Of a DNA stretch of 40,277 nucleotides, positions 18,459-28,565 are shown one piece after another. The notes under the pieces were generated by a model. That model had not been told where the DNA came from. It did not search any database and saw only the letters and a list, made by a program, of their open reading frames with translations. Positions within the stretch are counted from its first letter, which is position 1. Each line of letters begins with the position of its first letter. Source of the stretch: a virus (Duplodnaviria; Heunggongvirae; Uroviricota; Caudoviricetes); the IMG/VR virus record IMGVR_UViG_2563366843_000005; one strand, 5' to 3'. A program made the position numbers and the translations under genes.

Positions 18459-19190
18459 ATGCCATACATATGTTCTATCATTTTGGTGTTGAACTCGTTT
18501 GATGTCCGAATTGGTAAAGAAGATATTTTGTTTAAAAAAGGAAGTGCTGTTCTCATTGATTACAATTTAAAAGATTTTTTTTCATCAAATATAGATCATG
18601 TAATGATCGTAGATGTTGAAGAGAAAACAGTTAATGATTTCTTTAAAAGCAACACACTCTCACCTTTTTCTGTAAGAAGGTTTTATCCGGCATACTTGAT
18701 GGTGGAATGTGAAGATTTTTCATTGTTAAAGAACTTGATTGCATGCTTGAATTGTGATGGCAGAACTGTGGATTTTGTTAGAAATCAAATATCACTTGCA
18801 TGTCTTGCTATCTTATCTTCAGAGAAAATAGTGCAAAGTTTTTTATTTGGATGTCTTAATAGTTTAGGAAGTAAAGTTAAGGCTATTATTCACACGGATA
18901 TATCTGCAGCATGGAGACTTTGTGATATATCTTCAAGACTGTATCTGAGTGAAAGTCTGTTAAAAAGAAAATTAAAGCACGAAGGCTTATCATTTAGTAA
19001 GTTAATTCTTGAAGAGCGAATGGTGATGGCGGAAAGGTTATTAAGCTACAATTTATATTCTGTTGGAAAAGTTGCTGAGATATGCGGTTATGAAAACACG
19101 TCATATTTTGTAAGTGTTTTCAGAAGATATTTTGGTGTTCCTCCCCATCAATATTCATCAAGACTTTTTTTAGAAAAAGACATGATGTAA
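18459..19190 (+). CDS. AraC-family transcriptional regulator, AppY/EnvY-like
   Basis: AT-rich ORF with C-terminal AraC HTH (GYENTSYFVSVFRRYFGVPP); N-terminus aligns with AppY; alternative GTG start at 18450. Confidence 0.75.
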   Translation: MPYICSIILVLNSFDVRIGKEDILFKKGSAVLIDYNLKDFFSSNIDHVMIVDVEEKTVNDFFKSNTLSPFSVRRFYPAYLMVECEDFSLLKNLIACLNCDGRTVDFVRNQISLACLAILSSEKIVQSFLFGCLNSLGSKVKAIIHTDISAAWRLCDISSRLYLSESLLKRKLKHEGLSFSKLILEERMVMAERLLSYNLYSVGKVAEICGYENTSYFVSVFRRYFGVPPHQYSSRLFLEKDMM

Positions 19191-19251
19191 CGTGATGCGT
19201 TTTAATGATTTTGTAATTTTCGTATTTGATAATTGTATGATGCTTTCAGCT

Positions 19252-19283
19252 ACGCCAGAATAATCGCTGGCGTTTTTCTTTTT
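19252..19283 (+). terminator. rho-independent terminator after the AraC-like gene
   Basis: Stem ACGCCAG/CTGGCGT, 8-nt loop, T-run TTTTTCTTTTT. Confidence 0.6.
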
Positions 19284-19378
19284 GAATAGATGTTCAAGCC
19301 TTACGCTAATGTAACTTCTATACCTTTCCTCTTCGTTCCGAACCGTGTACACCATCCGTTATTTGCGGAGGTGAGGCT

Positions 19379-19594
19379 ATGAAATCCATGGATAAGTTAA
19401 CAACGGGCATTGCCTACGGCACCTCCGCAGGCAGTGCTGGCTACTGGTTTTTACAGCTGCTCGATAAAGTCACGCCCTCACAGTGGGCAGCAATAGGTGT
19501 GCTGGGTAGCCTGGTATTTGGCTTGCTGACGTACCTGACAAACCTTTATTTCAAGATTAAAGAAGATAAGCGCAAGGCTGCGAGAGGTGAATAA
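19379..19594 (+). CDS. essD: class II holin / pinholin (S21-type), dual-start motif
   Basis: 71 aa MKSMDK... with two TM segments; GGAGGTGAGG RBS; matches DLP12 EssD and phage 21 S. Confidence 0.9.
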   Translation: MKSMDKLTTGIAYGTSAGSAGYWFLQLLDKVTPSQWAAIGVLGSLVFGLLTYLTNLYFKIKEDKRKAARGE

Positions 19595-20091
19595 TGCCTC
19601 CATCATTACGAAAAGCCGTTGCTGCTGCTATTGGTGGCGGAGCAATTGCTATAGCATCAGTGTTAATCACTGGCTCAAGTGGTAACGATGGTCTGGAGGG
19701 TGTCAGCTACATACCATACAAAGATATTGTTGGTGTATGGACTGTATGTCACGGGCATACAGGAAAAGACATCATGCTCGGTAAAACGTATACCAAAGCA
19801 GAATGCAAAGCACTCTTGAATAAAGACCTTGCCACTGTCGCCAGACAAATTAACCCATACATCAAAGTCGATATACCGGAAACAACGCGCGGCGCTCTTT
19901 ACTCATTCGTTTACAACGTGGGTGCTGGCAATTTCAGAACATCGACGCTTCTTCGCAAAATAAACCAGGGCGATATCAAAGGCGCATGTGATCAGCTACG
20001 TCGCTGGACATATGCTGGCGGTAAGCAATGGAAAGGCCTGATGACTCGTCGTGAGATTGAGCGTGAAGTCTGTTTGTGGGGGCAACAGTGA
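19594..20091 (+). CDS. rrrD: SAR endolysin (lysozyme with N-terminal signal-anchor-release domain)
   Basis: 165 aa; Gly/Ala-rich SAR domain ([18 protein letters not shown]) followed by lysozyme domain; matches R21/RrrD. Confidence 0.9.
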   Translation: MPPSLRKAVAAAIGGGAIAIASVLITGSSGNDGLEGVSYIPYKDIVGVWTVCHGHTGKDIMLGKTYTKAECKALLNKDLATVARQINPYIKVDIPETTRGALYSFVYNVGAGNFRTSTLLRKINQGDIKGACDQLRRWTYAGGKQWKGLMTRREIEREVCLWGQQ

Positions 20092-20549
20092 GCAGAGTAA
20101 CCGCGATTATATCCGCTCTGATTATCTGCATCATCGTCAGCCTGTCATGGGCGGTCAATCATTACCGTGATAACGCAATCGCCTACAAAGCCCAGCGCGA
20201 CAAAAATGCCAGAGAACTGAAGCTAGCGAACGCGGCAATTACTGACATGCAGATGCGTCAGCGTGATGTTGCTGCGCTCGATGCAAAATACACGAAGGAG
20301 TTAGCTGATGCGAAAGCTGAAAATGATGCTCTGCGTGATGATGTTGCCGCTGGTCGTCGTCGGTTGCACATCAAAGCAGTCTGTCAGTCAGTGCGTGAAG
20401 CCACCACGGCCTCCGGCGTGGATAATGCAGCCTCCCCCCGACTGGCAGACACCGCTGAACGGGATTATTTCACCCTCAGAGAGAGGCTGATCACTATGCA
20501 AAAACAACTGGAAGGAACCCAGAAGTATATTAATGAGCAGTGCAGATAG
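20088..20549 (+). CDS. rzpD: spanin inner-membrane subunit Rz (i-spanin)
   Basis: 153 aa from GTG overlapping endolysin stop; N-terminal TM then coiled-coil; matches RzpD. Confidence 0.85.
   Translation: MSRVTAIISALIICIIVSLSWAVNHYRDNAIAYKAQRDKNARELKLANAAITDMQMRQRDVAALDAKYTKELADAKAENDALRDDVAAGRRRLHIKAVCQSVREATTASGVDNAASPRLADTAERDYFTLRERLITMQKQLEGTQKYINEQCR
20308..20490 (+). CDS. rzoD: spanin outer-membrane lipoprotein Rz1 (o-spanin), embedded in the +1 frame of Rz
   Basis: 60 aa with lipobox (VVGC) and Pro-rich region; AAGGAG RBS; fully nested in Rz. Confidence 0.85.
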   Translation: MRKLKMMLCVMMLPLVVVGCTSKQSVSQCVKPPRPPAWIMQPPPDWQTPLNGIISPSERG

Positions 20550-20580
20550 AGCTGACCATATCGATGGGCAACTCATGCAA

Positions 20581-20874
20581 TTATTTTGAGCAATACACAC
20601 GCGCTTCCAGCGGAGTATAAATGCCTAAAGTAATAAAACCGAGCAATCCATTTACGAATGTTTGCTGGGTTTCTGTTTTAACAACATTTTCTGCGCCGCC
20701 ACAAATTTTGGCTGCATCGACAGTTTTCTTCTGCCCAATTCCAGAAACGAAGAAATGATGGGTGATGGTTTCCTTTGGTGCTACTGCTGTCTGTTTGTTT
20801 TGAACAGTAAACGTCTGTTGAGCACATCCTGTAATAAGCAGGGCCAGCGCAGTAGCGAGTAGCATTTTTTTCAT
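20581..20874 (-). CDS. bor: Bor lipoprotein (serum-resistance family)
   Basis: 97 aa with signal peptide and lipobox (ITGC); matches lambda Bor / DLP12 BorD. Confidence 0.9.
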   Translation of the reverse strand: MKKMLLATALALLITGCAQQTFTVQNKQTAVAPKETITHHFFVSGIGQKKTVDAAKICGGAENVVKTETQQTFVNGLLGFITLGIYTPLEARVYCSK

Positions 20875-21164
20875 GGTGTTATTCCCGATGCTTTTTGAAG
20901 TTCGCAGAATCGTATGTGTAGAAAATTAAACAAACCCTAAACAATGAGTTGAAATTCCATATTGTTAATATTTATTAATGTATGTCAGGTGCGATGAATC
21001 GTCATTGTATTCCCGGATTAACTATGTCCACAGCCCTGACGGGGAACTTCTCTGCGGGAGTGTCCGGGAATAATTAAAAACGATGCACACAGGGTTTAGC
21101 GCGTACACGTATTGCATTATGCCAACGCCCCGGTGCTGACACGGAAGAAACCGGACGTTATGAT

Positions 21165-21575
21165 TTAGCGTGGAAAGATTTGTGTAGTGTTCTGAATGCT
21201 CTCAGTAAATAGTAATGAATTATCAAAGGTATAGTAATATCTTTTATGTTCGTGGATATTTGTAACCCATCGGAAAACTCCTGCTTTAGCAAGATTTTCC
21301 CTGTATTGCTGAAATGTGATTTCTCTTGATTTCAACCTATCAAAGGACGTTTCTATAAGATGCGTATTTCTTGAGAATTTAACATTTACAACCTTTTTAA
21401 GTCCTTTTATTAACACAGTGTTATCGTTTTCTAACACAATGTGAATATTATCTGTGGCTAGATAGTAAATATAATGTGAGACATTGTGACGTTTTAGTTC
21501 AGAATAAAACAATTCACAGTTTAAATCTTTTCGCACTTGATCGAATATTTCTTTAAAAATGGCAACCTGAGCCAT
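21165..21575 (-). CDS. ybcV: YbcV-like protein (ORF extends to 21698; likely start at Met 21575)
   Basis: 136 aa from [11 protein letters not shown]...; position after bor as in DLP12. Confidence 0.55.
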   Translation of the reverse strand: MAQVAIFKEIFDQVRKDLNCELFYSELKRHNVSHYIYYLATDNIHIVLENDNTVLIKGLKKVVNVKFSRNTHLIETSFDRLKSREITFQQYRENLAKAGVFRWVTNIHEHKRYYYTFDNSLLFTESIQNTTQIFPR

Positions 21576-21860
21576 TGGTAAAACCTTCCATGTGATACGA
21601 GGGCGCGTAGTTTGCATTATCGTTTTTATCGTTTCAATCTGGTCTGACCTCTTTGTGTTTTGTTGATGATTTATGTCAAATATTAGGAATGTTTTCAATT
21701 AATAGTATTGGTTGTGTAACAAAGTGCGGTCCTGCTGGCATTCTGGAGGGAAATACAACCGACAGATGTATGTAAGGCCAACGTGCTCAAATCTTCATAC
21801 AGAAAGATTTGAAGTAATATTTTAACCGCTAGATGAAGAGCAAGCGCATGGAGCGACAAA

Positions 21861-22067
21861 ATGAATAAAGAACAATCTGCTGATGATCCCTCCGTGGATC
21901 TGATTCGTGTAAAAAATATGCTTAATAGCACCATTTCTATGAGTTACCCTGATGTTGTAATTGCATGTATAGAACATAAGGTGTCTCTGGAAGCATTCAG
22001 GGCAATTGAGGCAGCGTTGGTGAAGCACGATAATAATATGAAGGATTATTCCCTGGTGGTTGACTGA
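21861..22067 (+). CDS. ybcW: YbcW-like small protein
   Basis: 68-aa ORF; position and recalled similarity to DLP12 YbcW. Confidence 0.55.
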
Positions 22068-22231
22068 TCACCATAACTGCTAATCATTCAAACTACTTAA
22101 CCTGTGACAGAGCCAACACGCAGTCTGTCACTGTCAGGAAAGTGGTAAAACTGCAACTCAATTACTGCAATGCCCTCGTAATTAAGTGAATTTACAATAT
22201 CGTCCTGTTCGGAGGGAAGAACGCGGGATGT

Positions 22232-22426
22232 TCATTCTTCATCACTTTTAATTGATGTATATGCTCTCTTTTCTGACGTTAGCCTCCGACGGCAGGCTTC
22301 AATGACCCAGGCTGAGAAATTCCCGGACCCTTTTTGATCAAGAGCGATGTTAATTTGTTCAATCATTTGGTTAGGAAAGCGGATGTTGCGGGTTGTTGTT
22401 CTGCGGGTTCTGTTCTTCGTTGACAT
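22232..22426 (-). CDS. ylcI: ribbon-helix-helix (CopG/Arc-like) small DNA-binding protein, YlcI-like
   Basis: 64 aa; basic N-terminus followed by RHH-like segment (RNIRFPNQMIEQINIAL). Confidence 0.5.
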   Translation of the reverse strand: MSTKNRTRRTTTRNIRFPNQMIEQINIALDQKGSGNFSAWVIEACRRRLTSEKRAYTSIKSDEE

Positions 22427-22625
22427 GAGGTTGCCCCGTATTCAGTGTCGCTGATTTGTATTGTCTGAAGTTGTTTTTACGTTAAGTTGATGCGGATCAA
22501 TTAATACGATACCTGCGTCATAATTGATTATTTGACGTGGTTTGATGGCGTAGATGCACGTTGTGACATGTAGATGATAATTATTATCATTTTGCGGGTC
22601 CTTTCCGGCGATCCGACAGGTTACG

Positions 22626-22637
22626 GGGCGGCGACCT
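22626..22637. other. cos: cosN cohesive-end site (12-nt GGGCGGCGACCT)
   Basis: Exact lambda cohesive-end 12-mer with lambda-like flanks (CATTTTGCGGGTCCTTTCCGGCGATCC upstream, CGCGGTTTTTCGCTATTTATGA downstream), about 220 bp upstream of nu1. Confidence 0.85.
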
Positions 22638-22853
22638 CGCGGTTTTTCGCTATTTATGAGATTTTTTGAGGGGGTGGTTGTTGTTTAATTGTTTGGTATA
22701 TCTAATTGATAAGTAAGGTGAAAATAAAATAAATACAACAACCTTACGATGTGCTTTGATGTCATTAATGTGAAAAAATTAAATGATATCAAATGGTTTT
22801 GTAAAAACACATGGTTGTTGTATCGCTTTTTATCGATGACTTATGGAGAGGAG

Positions 22854-23360
22854 ATGGCCTTTTTATTGAATAAAAGTGATATGGCCTCCTCCATCGGTAT
22901 CTCTGTTCAGGCATTTGATAAATGGGGCGTTCCTCCTGTCGAGCGTCGGGGGAGGGAAGTTTTTTATGACGTTAAAACTGTACTGGAGATAGATCGCGAG
23001 CGGCGACAACACAATCATAGAACACCTGATGACGGGGGCGATCTGGAGGAAAGGCTGCTTCGGGCCAGAGCTGAACTGACAGAAGAACAGGCCGTAGCTC
23101 AAAAACTTAAAAATCAGGTAACCGAAGGTAAGCTCATCGATTCAGACTTCTGCGTTTTCGCCCTCAGCAAGCTGGCGATGGCATTGTCCAGTACGCTTGA
23201 TTCTATTCCGTTATCCATGCAGCGACAGTTCCCGGATTTAACGCCACGTCATCTTGACCATCTGAAAACCCTTATTGCGAAGGGCGCAAATCAGTGTGCG
23301 CGGGCAGGGGATAAATTACCGGATTTGCTGGATGAATATATCAGAGCAACAACTGAATAA
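22854..23360 (+). CDS. nu1: terminase small subunit (Nu1-like)
   Basis: Aligns with lambda Nu1 throughout (N-terminal HTH region; C-terminal LPLSMQRQFPDL...); start set at ATG 22854 after GGAGAGGAG. Confidence 0.8.
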   Translation: MAFLLNKSDMASSIGISVQAFDKWGVPPVERRGREVFYDVKTVLEIDRERRQHNHRTPDDGGDLEERLLRARAELTEEQAVAQKLKNQVTEGKLIDSDFCVFALSKLAMALSSTLDSIPLSMQRQFPDLTPRHLDHLKTLIAKGANQCARAGDKLPDLLDEYIRATTE

Positions 23361-25255
23361 TCTGATGGCTGCCGTTTCGGTTGCGCTGCAGCCTCTGGTC
23401 AGGGTTGTACCGATGACGGCAGTTGAATGGGCTGACCAGTATTATTATCTGCCGAAAGAATCCTCATACGGTGACGGCGAATGGAAAACGCTGCCGTTCC
23501 AGATCGCCATCATGAACAGTATGGGGAATGATCAGGTCCGCACTGTTAATCTGATTAAATCTGCCCGTGTTGGCTATACAAAGATGTTGCTGGGGGTGGT
23601 CGGGTATTTTATTGAGCATAAATCCCGAAACAGTCTGCTTTTTCAGCCCACGGATTCTGCCGCTGAAGATTTTATGAAGTCTCACGTGGAGACGACGATT
23701 AGGGACGTGCCATGCCTGAAAGACCTTTCCCCATGGCTGGGTCGTAAACATCGTGATAATACCCTCACGCTGAAACGCTTTTCATCGGGCGTCGGTTTCT
23801 GGTGCCTGGGCGGCGCTGCCGCCAAAAACTACCGTGAAAAATCCGTGGATGTGGTCTGCTATGACGAACTTTCCTCGTTCGAACCGGATGTTGAAAAAGA
23901 GGGTTCGCCAACCCTGCTGGGGGATAAACGTATTGAGGGCTCTGTATGGCCAAAATCCATTCGCGGCTCGACGCCTAAAATCAAAGGCTCCTGCCAGATC
24001 GAAAAAGCCGCTAACGAGTCGGCACATTTCATGCGTTTTTATGTGCCCTGCCCGCACTGTGGGGAGGCGCAGTATCTGAAATTTGGCGATGAATCCACGC
24101 CTTTTGGCCTTAAATGGGAGAAGGACAGCCCCGAAAGCGTTTTCTACCTCTGTGAACATCATGGCTGCGTGATCCATCAGTCTGAGCTTGACCAGAGCAA
24201 CGGGCGGTGGATCTGTGAAAACACGGGCATGTGGACCCGTGACGGCCTGATGTTTTTCAGCGCCCGGGGTGATGAAATTCCGCCGCCGCGCTCCATCACT
24301 TTCCATATCTGGACGGCGTACAGTCCGTTCACCACCTGGGTACAGATAGTCTATGACTGGCTGGATGCACTGAAAGATCCCAACGGCCTGAAAACCTTTG
24401 TGAACACCACGCTGGGCGAGACCTACGAAGAGGCCGTGGGCGAAAAACTCGATCACCAGGTACTGATTGATAAGGTCGTGCATTACACGGCGGCGGTGCC
24501 AGCCCGGGTGGTTTATCTGACGGCGGGCATTGACTCGCAGCGAAACCGTTTTGAGATGTATGTCTGGGGATGGGCTCCGGGAGAGGAAGCCTTTCTGGTG
24601 GATAAAATCATCATTATGGGACGTCCCGATGAGGAAGAGACGCTGTTACGTGTGGATGCGGCGATCAACAAAAAATACCGCCATGCAGACGGAACCGAAA
24701 TGACCATTTCCCGTGTCTGCTGGGACATCGGGGGTATCGATGGCGAAATCGTTTATCAGAGGTCAAAAAAACACGGTGTTTTCCGGGTGCTGCCGGTAAA
24801 AGGCGCATCTGTCTATGGCAAGCCGGTGATCACCATGCCAAAAACCCGCAATCAGCGGGGCGTGTATCTGTGTGAAGTGGGGACAGACACCGCAAAAGAA
24901 ATTCTCTATGCCCGTATGAAAGCCGAGCCCACGCCTGGAATCCACGTCGTATGCCATCCGTTTTCCTGATGATCCGGAGATTTTTTCGCAGACAGAGGCG
25001 CAGCAACTGGTCGCGGAAGAGCTTGTGGAGAAGTGGGAAAAAGGAAAGATGCGTCTGCTGTGGGATAACAAAAAGCGGCGTAACGAAGCGCTGGACTGCC
25101 TGGTGTATGCCTACGCGGCATTACGTGTGTCCGTGCAACGCTGGCAGCTTGATCTGGCTGTACTGGCAAAATCCCGGGAAGAAGAGACGACCCGGCCAAC
25201 CCTTAAAGAACTGGCAGCGAAGCTGTCCGGAGGAGTGAATGGTTACAGTCGCTGA
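23332..25255 (+). pseudogene. A: terminase large subunit gpA, interrupted by a +1 frameshift in a T4 run at 24961-24964
   Basis: N-terminal 545 aa (23332-24969) and the ORF 25025-25255 both align with lambda gpA; removing one T restores ...CHPFPDDPEIFSQTEAQQL... matching lambda ...HFPNNPDIFDLTEAQQL... Confidence 0.7.
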
Positions 25256-25445
25256 ACTGCAGGCGCTGCGTCAGGCGCGCCTTGATTTATTAACCGGTAA
25301 ACGGGTGGTGTCTGTCCAGAAAGATGGTCGCAGAATTGAATATACGGCGGCTTCTCTGGATGAGCTTAACCGGGCGATCAATGATGCGGAGTCGGTACTG
25401 GGGACAACCCGACGTCGCCGTCGTCCGCTGGGAGTGAGGTTATGA
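25239..25445 (+). CDS. W: head-tail joining protein gpW
   Basis: 68 aa, matches lambda W (LTGKRVVSVQKDGRR). Confidence 0.85.
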   Translation: MVTVAELQALRQARLDLLTGKRVVSVQKDGRRIEYTAASLDELNRAINDAESVLGTTRRRRRPLGVRL

Positions 25446-27034
25446 AACGAACGCCTGTCCTGATTGATGTGAACGGTGTTCCGCTTCGTGAGAGTCTCAG
25501 CTACAACGGTGGCGGCGCAGGATTTGGCGGGCAAATGGCGGAGTGGTTGCCACCGGCGCAGAGTGCCGATGCGGCCCTGCTGCCCGCGTTGCGTCTGGGG
25601 AATGCCCGGGCAGATGATCTAGTGCGCAATAACGGAATAGCGGCTAATGCGGTTGCCCTGCATAAGGATCACATTGTCGGGCATATGTTTCTGATCAGCT
25701 ACCGTCCGAACTGGCGCTGGCTGGGGATGCGGGAGACCGCAGCAAAAAGCTTTGTCGATGAGGTGGAGGCGGCCTGGTCGGAATACGCCGAAGGGATGTT
25801 TGGCGAGATCGACGTGGAAGGAAAACGCACGTTCACGGAATTTATCCGTGAAGGTGTGGGCGTTCATGCGTTTAACGGCGAAATCTTTGTGCAGCCGGTC
25901 TGGGATACGGAAACCACGCAGTTATTCCGTACGCGTTTTAAAGCTGTGAGTCCGAAACGGGTGGACACGCCTGGACACGGTATGGGGAACCGTTTTCTGC
26001 GGGCCGGTGTGGAGGTCGATCGATATGGCCGTGCCGTCGCGTACCATATCTGTGAGGATGATTTTCCGTTCTCTGGTAGTGGACGATGGGAACGGATCCC
26101 GCGTGAACTTCCCACCGGGCGTCCGGCCATGCTGCATATTTTCGAGCCGGTGGAGGACGGGCAGACCCGTGGGGCTAATCAGTTTTACAGCGTCATGGAA
26201 CGGCTGAAGATGCTCGATTCCCTGCAGGCAACACAGCTTCAGTCGGCCATAGTGAAGGCGATGTATGCAGCGACGATTGAAAGTGAACTTGATACCGAAA
26301 AGGCCTTTGAATATATCGCCGGCGCGCCACAGGAGCAGAAGGATAATCCGCTTATTAATATTCTGGAGAAGTTCTCCAGCTGGTATGACACGAATAACGT
26401 GACACTGGGCGGAGTCAAAATTCCGCACCTTTTCCCTGGTGATGATCTGAAACTACAGACTGCGCAGGATTCAGACAATGGATTTTCTGCACTTGAACAG
26501 GCGCTGCTGCGGTATATCGCCGCCGGTCTTGGCGTTTCCTACGAACAGTTGTCCCGTGATTACTCGAAGGTCAGTTACTCAAGTGCCCGCGCCTCCGCCA
26601 ATGAGTCGTGGCGCTATTTTATGGGGCGGCGAAAATTTATTGCGGCCCGGCTGGCCACGCAGATGTTTTCCTGCTGGCTGGAAGAGGCACTTCTTCGGGG
26701 GATTATTCGTCCGCCACGGGCACGTTTTGATTTTTATCAGGCGCGATCAGCCTGGTCACGGGCAGAGTGGATTGGTGCCGGAAGAATGGCCATTGACGGG
26801 CTCAAGGAAGTCCAGGAATCAGTGATGCGCATTGAGGCCGGACTGAGCACGTATGAGAAAGAGCTGGCGCTGATGGGCGAGGATTATCAGGACATTTTCC
26901 GCCAGCAGGTCAGGGAATCTGCAGAGCGGCAAAAAGCCGGACTCTCACGTCCGGTGTGGATATCGCAGGCGTATCAGCAGCAGATAGCGGAGAGTCGCAG
27001 GCCGGAAGAGGAGACAACACCACGTGAGACGTAA
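25442..27034 (+). CDS. B: portal protein gpB
   Basis: 530 aa, lambda B-like; ATGA overlap with W. Confidence 0.95.
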   Translation: MKRTPVLIDVNGVPLRESLSYNGGGAGFGGQMAEWLPPAQSADAALLPALRLGNARADDLVRNNGIAANAVALHKDHIVGHMFLISYRPNWRWLGMRETAAKSFVDEVEAAWSEYAEGMFGEIDVEGKRTFTEFIREGVGVHAFNGEIFVQPVWDTETTQLFRTRFKAVSPKRVDTPGHGMGNRFLRAGVEVDRYGRAVAYHICEDDFPFSGSGRWERIPRELPTGRPAMLHIFEPVEDGQTRGANQFYSVMERLKMLDSLQATQLQSAIVKAMYAATIESELDTEKAFEYIAGAPQEQKDNPLINILEKFSSWYDTNNVTLGGVKIPHLFPGDDLKLQTAQDSDNGFSALEQALLRYIAAGLGVSYEQLSRDYSKVSYSSARASANESWRYFMGRRKFIAARLATQMFSCWLEEALLRGIIRPPRARFDFYQARSAWSRAEWIGAGRMAIDGLKEVQESVMRIEAGLSTYEKELALMGEDYQDIFRQQVRESAERQKAGLSRPVWISQAYQQQIAESRRPEEETTPRET

Positions 27035-28529
27035 TCTTTCACACATTATTGCCGCAGCATTCAATGAACCGCTGCTTCTGGAGCCCGCCTATGCGCGGGT
27101 TTTCTTTTGCGCGCTCGGGCGCGAGATGGGGGCAGCAAGTCTTTCGGTACCACAACAACAGGTACAGCTTGATGCTCCCGGAATGCTGGCTGAAACGGAC
27201 GAGTATATGGCCGGAGGTAAACGACCGGCCCGTGTTTACCGGGTGGTGAACGGTATTGCTGTACTGCCGGTGACCGGCACGCTGGTGCACCGGCTGGGTG
27301 GTATGCGGCCATTTTCCGGAATGACAGGCTATGACGGCATTGTCGCCTGTCTTCAGCAGGCAATGGCGGATAGCCAGGTGCGGGGCGTACTGCTGGACAT
27401 TGACAGTCCGGGCGGGCAGGCCGCCGGCGCGTTTGACTGCGCTGACATGATTTACCGCCTCCGTCAGCAGAAGCCGGTCTGGGCACTGTGCAATGACACG
27501 GCCTGTTCTGCAGCCATGCTGCTGGCGTCGGCCTGCTCCCGACGGCTGGTTACCCAGACATCCCGTATCGGCTCCATTGGCGTGATGATGAGCCATGTCA
27601 GCTATGCCGGTCATCTGGCGCAGGCCGGTGTGGATATCACGCTGATTTACTCAGGTGCGCACAAGGTGGATGGCAATCAGTTTGAAGCGTTGCCGGCAGA
27701 GGTTCGCCAGGACATGCAGCAGCGGATTGATGCGGCGCGCCGGATGTTTGCCGAAAAAGTGGCGATGTATACCGGTCTGTCTGTTGATGCCGTCACGGGA
27801 ACAGAGGCTGCCGTTTTTGAAGGTCAGTCCGGCATTGAGGCCGGGCTGGCGGATGAATTAATCAATGCGTCGGATGCCATCAGTGTGATGGCCACGGCGC
27901 TGAACAGTAATGTCAGAGGAGGCACTATGCCGCAATTAACTGCAACGGAAGCCGCCGCGCAGGAGAACCAGCGAGTGATGGGGATCCTGACATGCCAGGA
28001 AGCGAAAGGACGTGAACAGCTTGCCACGATGCTGGCAGGACAACAGGGCATGAGCGTTGAACAGGCCCGGGCGATTCTGTGCGCGGCGGCACCGCAGCAG
28101 CCGGTGGCATCCACGCAGAGTGAAGCCGATCGCATTATGGCGTGTGAAGAAGCGAACGGTCGTGAACAACTGGCGGCAACGCTGGCGGCGATGCCAGAGA
28201 TGACGGTGGAAAAAGCCCGCCCGATCCTGGCTGCTTCACCGCAGGCGGATGCCGGACCATCACTCCGTGATCAGATCATGGCACTGGATGAGGCAAAAGG
28301 GGCTGAGGCGCAGGCTGAACAGCTGGCTGCCTGCCCGGGAATGACAGTGGAGAGCGCCCGGGCTGTGCTGGCTGCGGGATCAGGTAAGGCAGAACCGGTC
28401 TCTGCATCCACAACCGCCATGTTTGAACATTTCATGGCGAACCATTCACCGGCAGCGGTACAGGGTGGCGTGCCACAGACGTCAGCAGACGGTGATGCGG
28501 ACGTGAAAATGCTCATGGCCATGCCATGA
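27024..28529 (+). CDS. C: capsid maturation protease gpC (S49/ClpP-like) with nested in-frame scaffolding protein Nu3 region
   Basis: 501 aa, GTG start; N-terminal two-thirds aligns with lambda C; C-terminal part carries three Nu3-like repeat units. Confidence 0.9.
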   Translation: MRRNLSHIIAAAFNEPLLLEPAYARVFFCALGREMGAASLSVPQQQVQLDAPGMLAETDEYMAGGKRPARVYRVVNGIAVLPVTGTLVHRLGGMRPFSGMTGYDGIVACLQQAMADSQVRGVLLDIDSPGGQAAGAFDCADMIYRLRQQKPVWALCNDTACSAAMLLASACSRRLVTQTSRIGSIGVMMSHVSYAGHLAQAGVDITLIYSGAHKVDGNQFEALPAEVRQDMQQRIDAARRMFAEKVAMYTGLSVDAVTGTEAAVFEGQSGIEAGLADELINASDAISVMATALNSNVRGGTMPQLTATEAAAQENQRVMGILTCQEAKGREQLATMLAGQQGMSVEQARAILCAAAPQQPVASTQSEADRIMACEEANGREQLAATLAAMPEMTVEKARPILAASPQADAGPSLRDQIMALDEAKGAEAQAEQLAACPGMTVESARAVLAAGSGKAEPVSASTTAMFEHFMANHSPAAVQGGVPQTSADGDADVKMLMAMP

Positions 28530-28565
28530 AGTCAGTGCTGACCATCAATAGGAGGTTTTTACAAT

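Noticed and set aside
16276-19378. tRNA genes between Q and the lysis genes, as in several Stx-type phages
   Set aside because: No cloverleaf-compatible segment or conserved T-loop (GGTTCGAATCC-like) motif seen; the interval is filled by the three cargo genes.
23782-24483. 233-aa minus-strand ORF
   Set aside because: Antisense within terminase gene A; no start context or homology; artefact of GC-rich coding DNA.
25922-26428. 168-aa minus-strand ORF
   Set aside because: Antisense within portal gene B.
27039-27614. 191-aa and 141-aa minus-strand ORFs
   Set aside because: Antisense within protease gene C; Arg/Pro-rich translations without coding signal.
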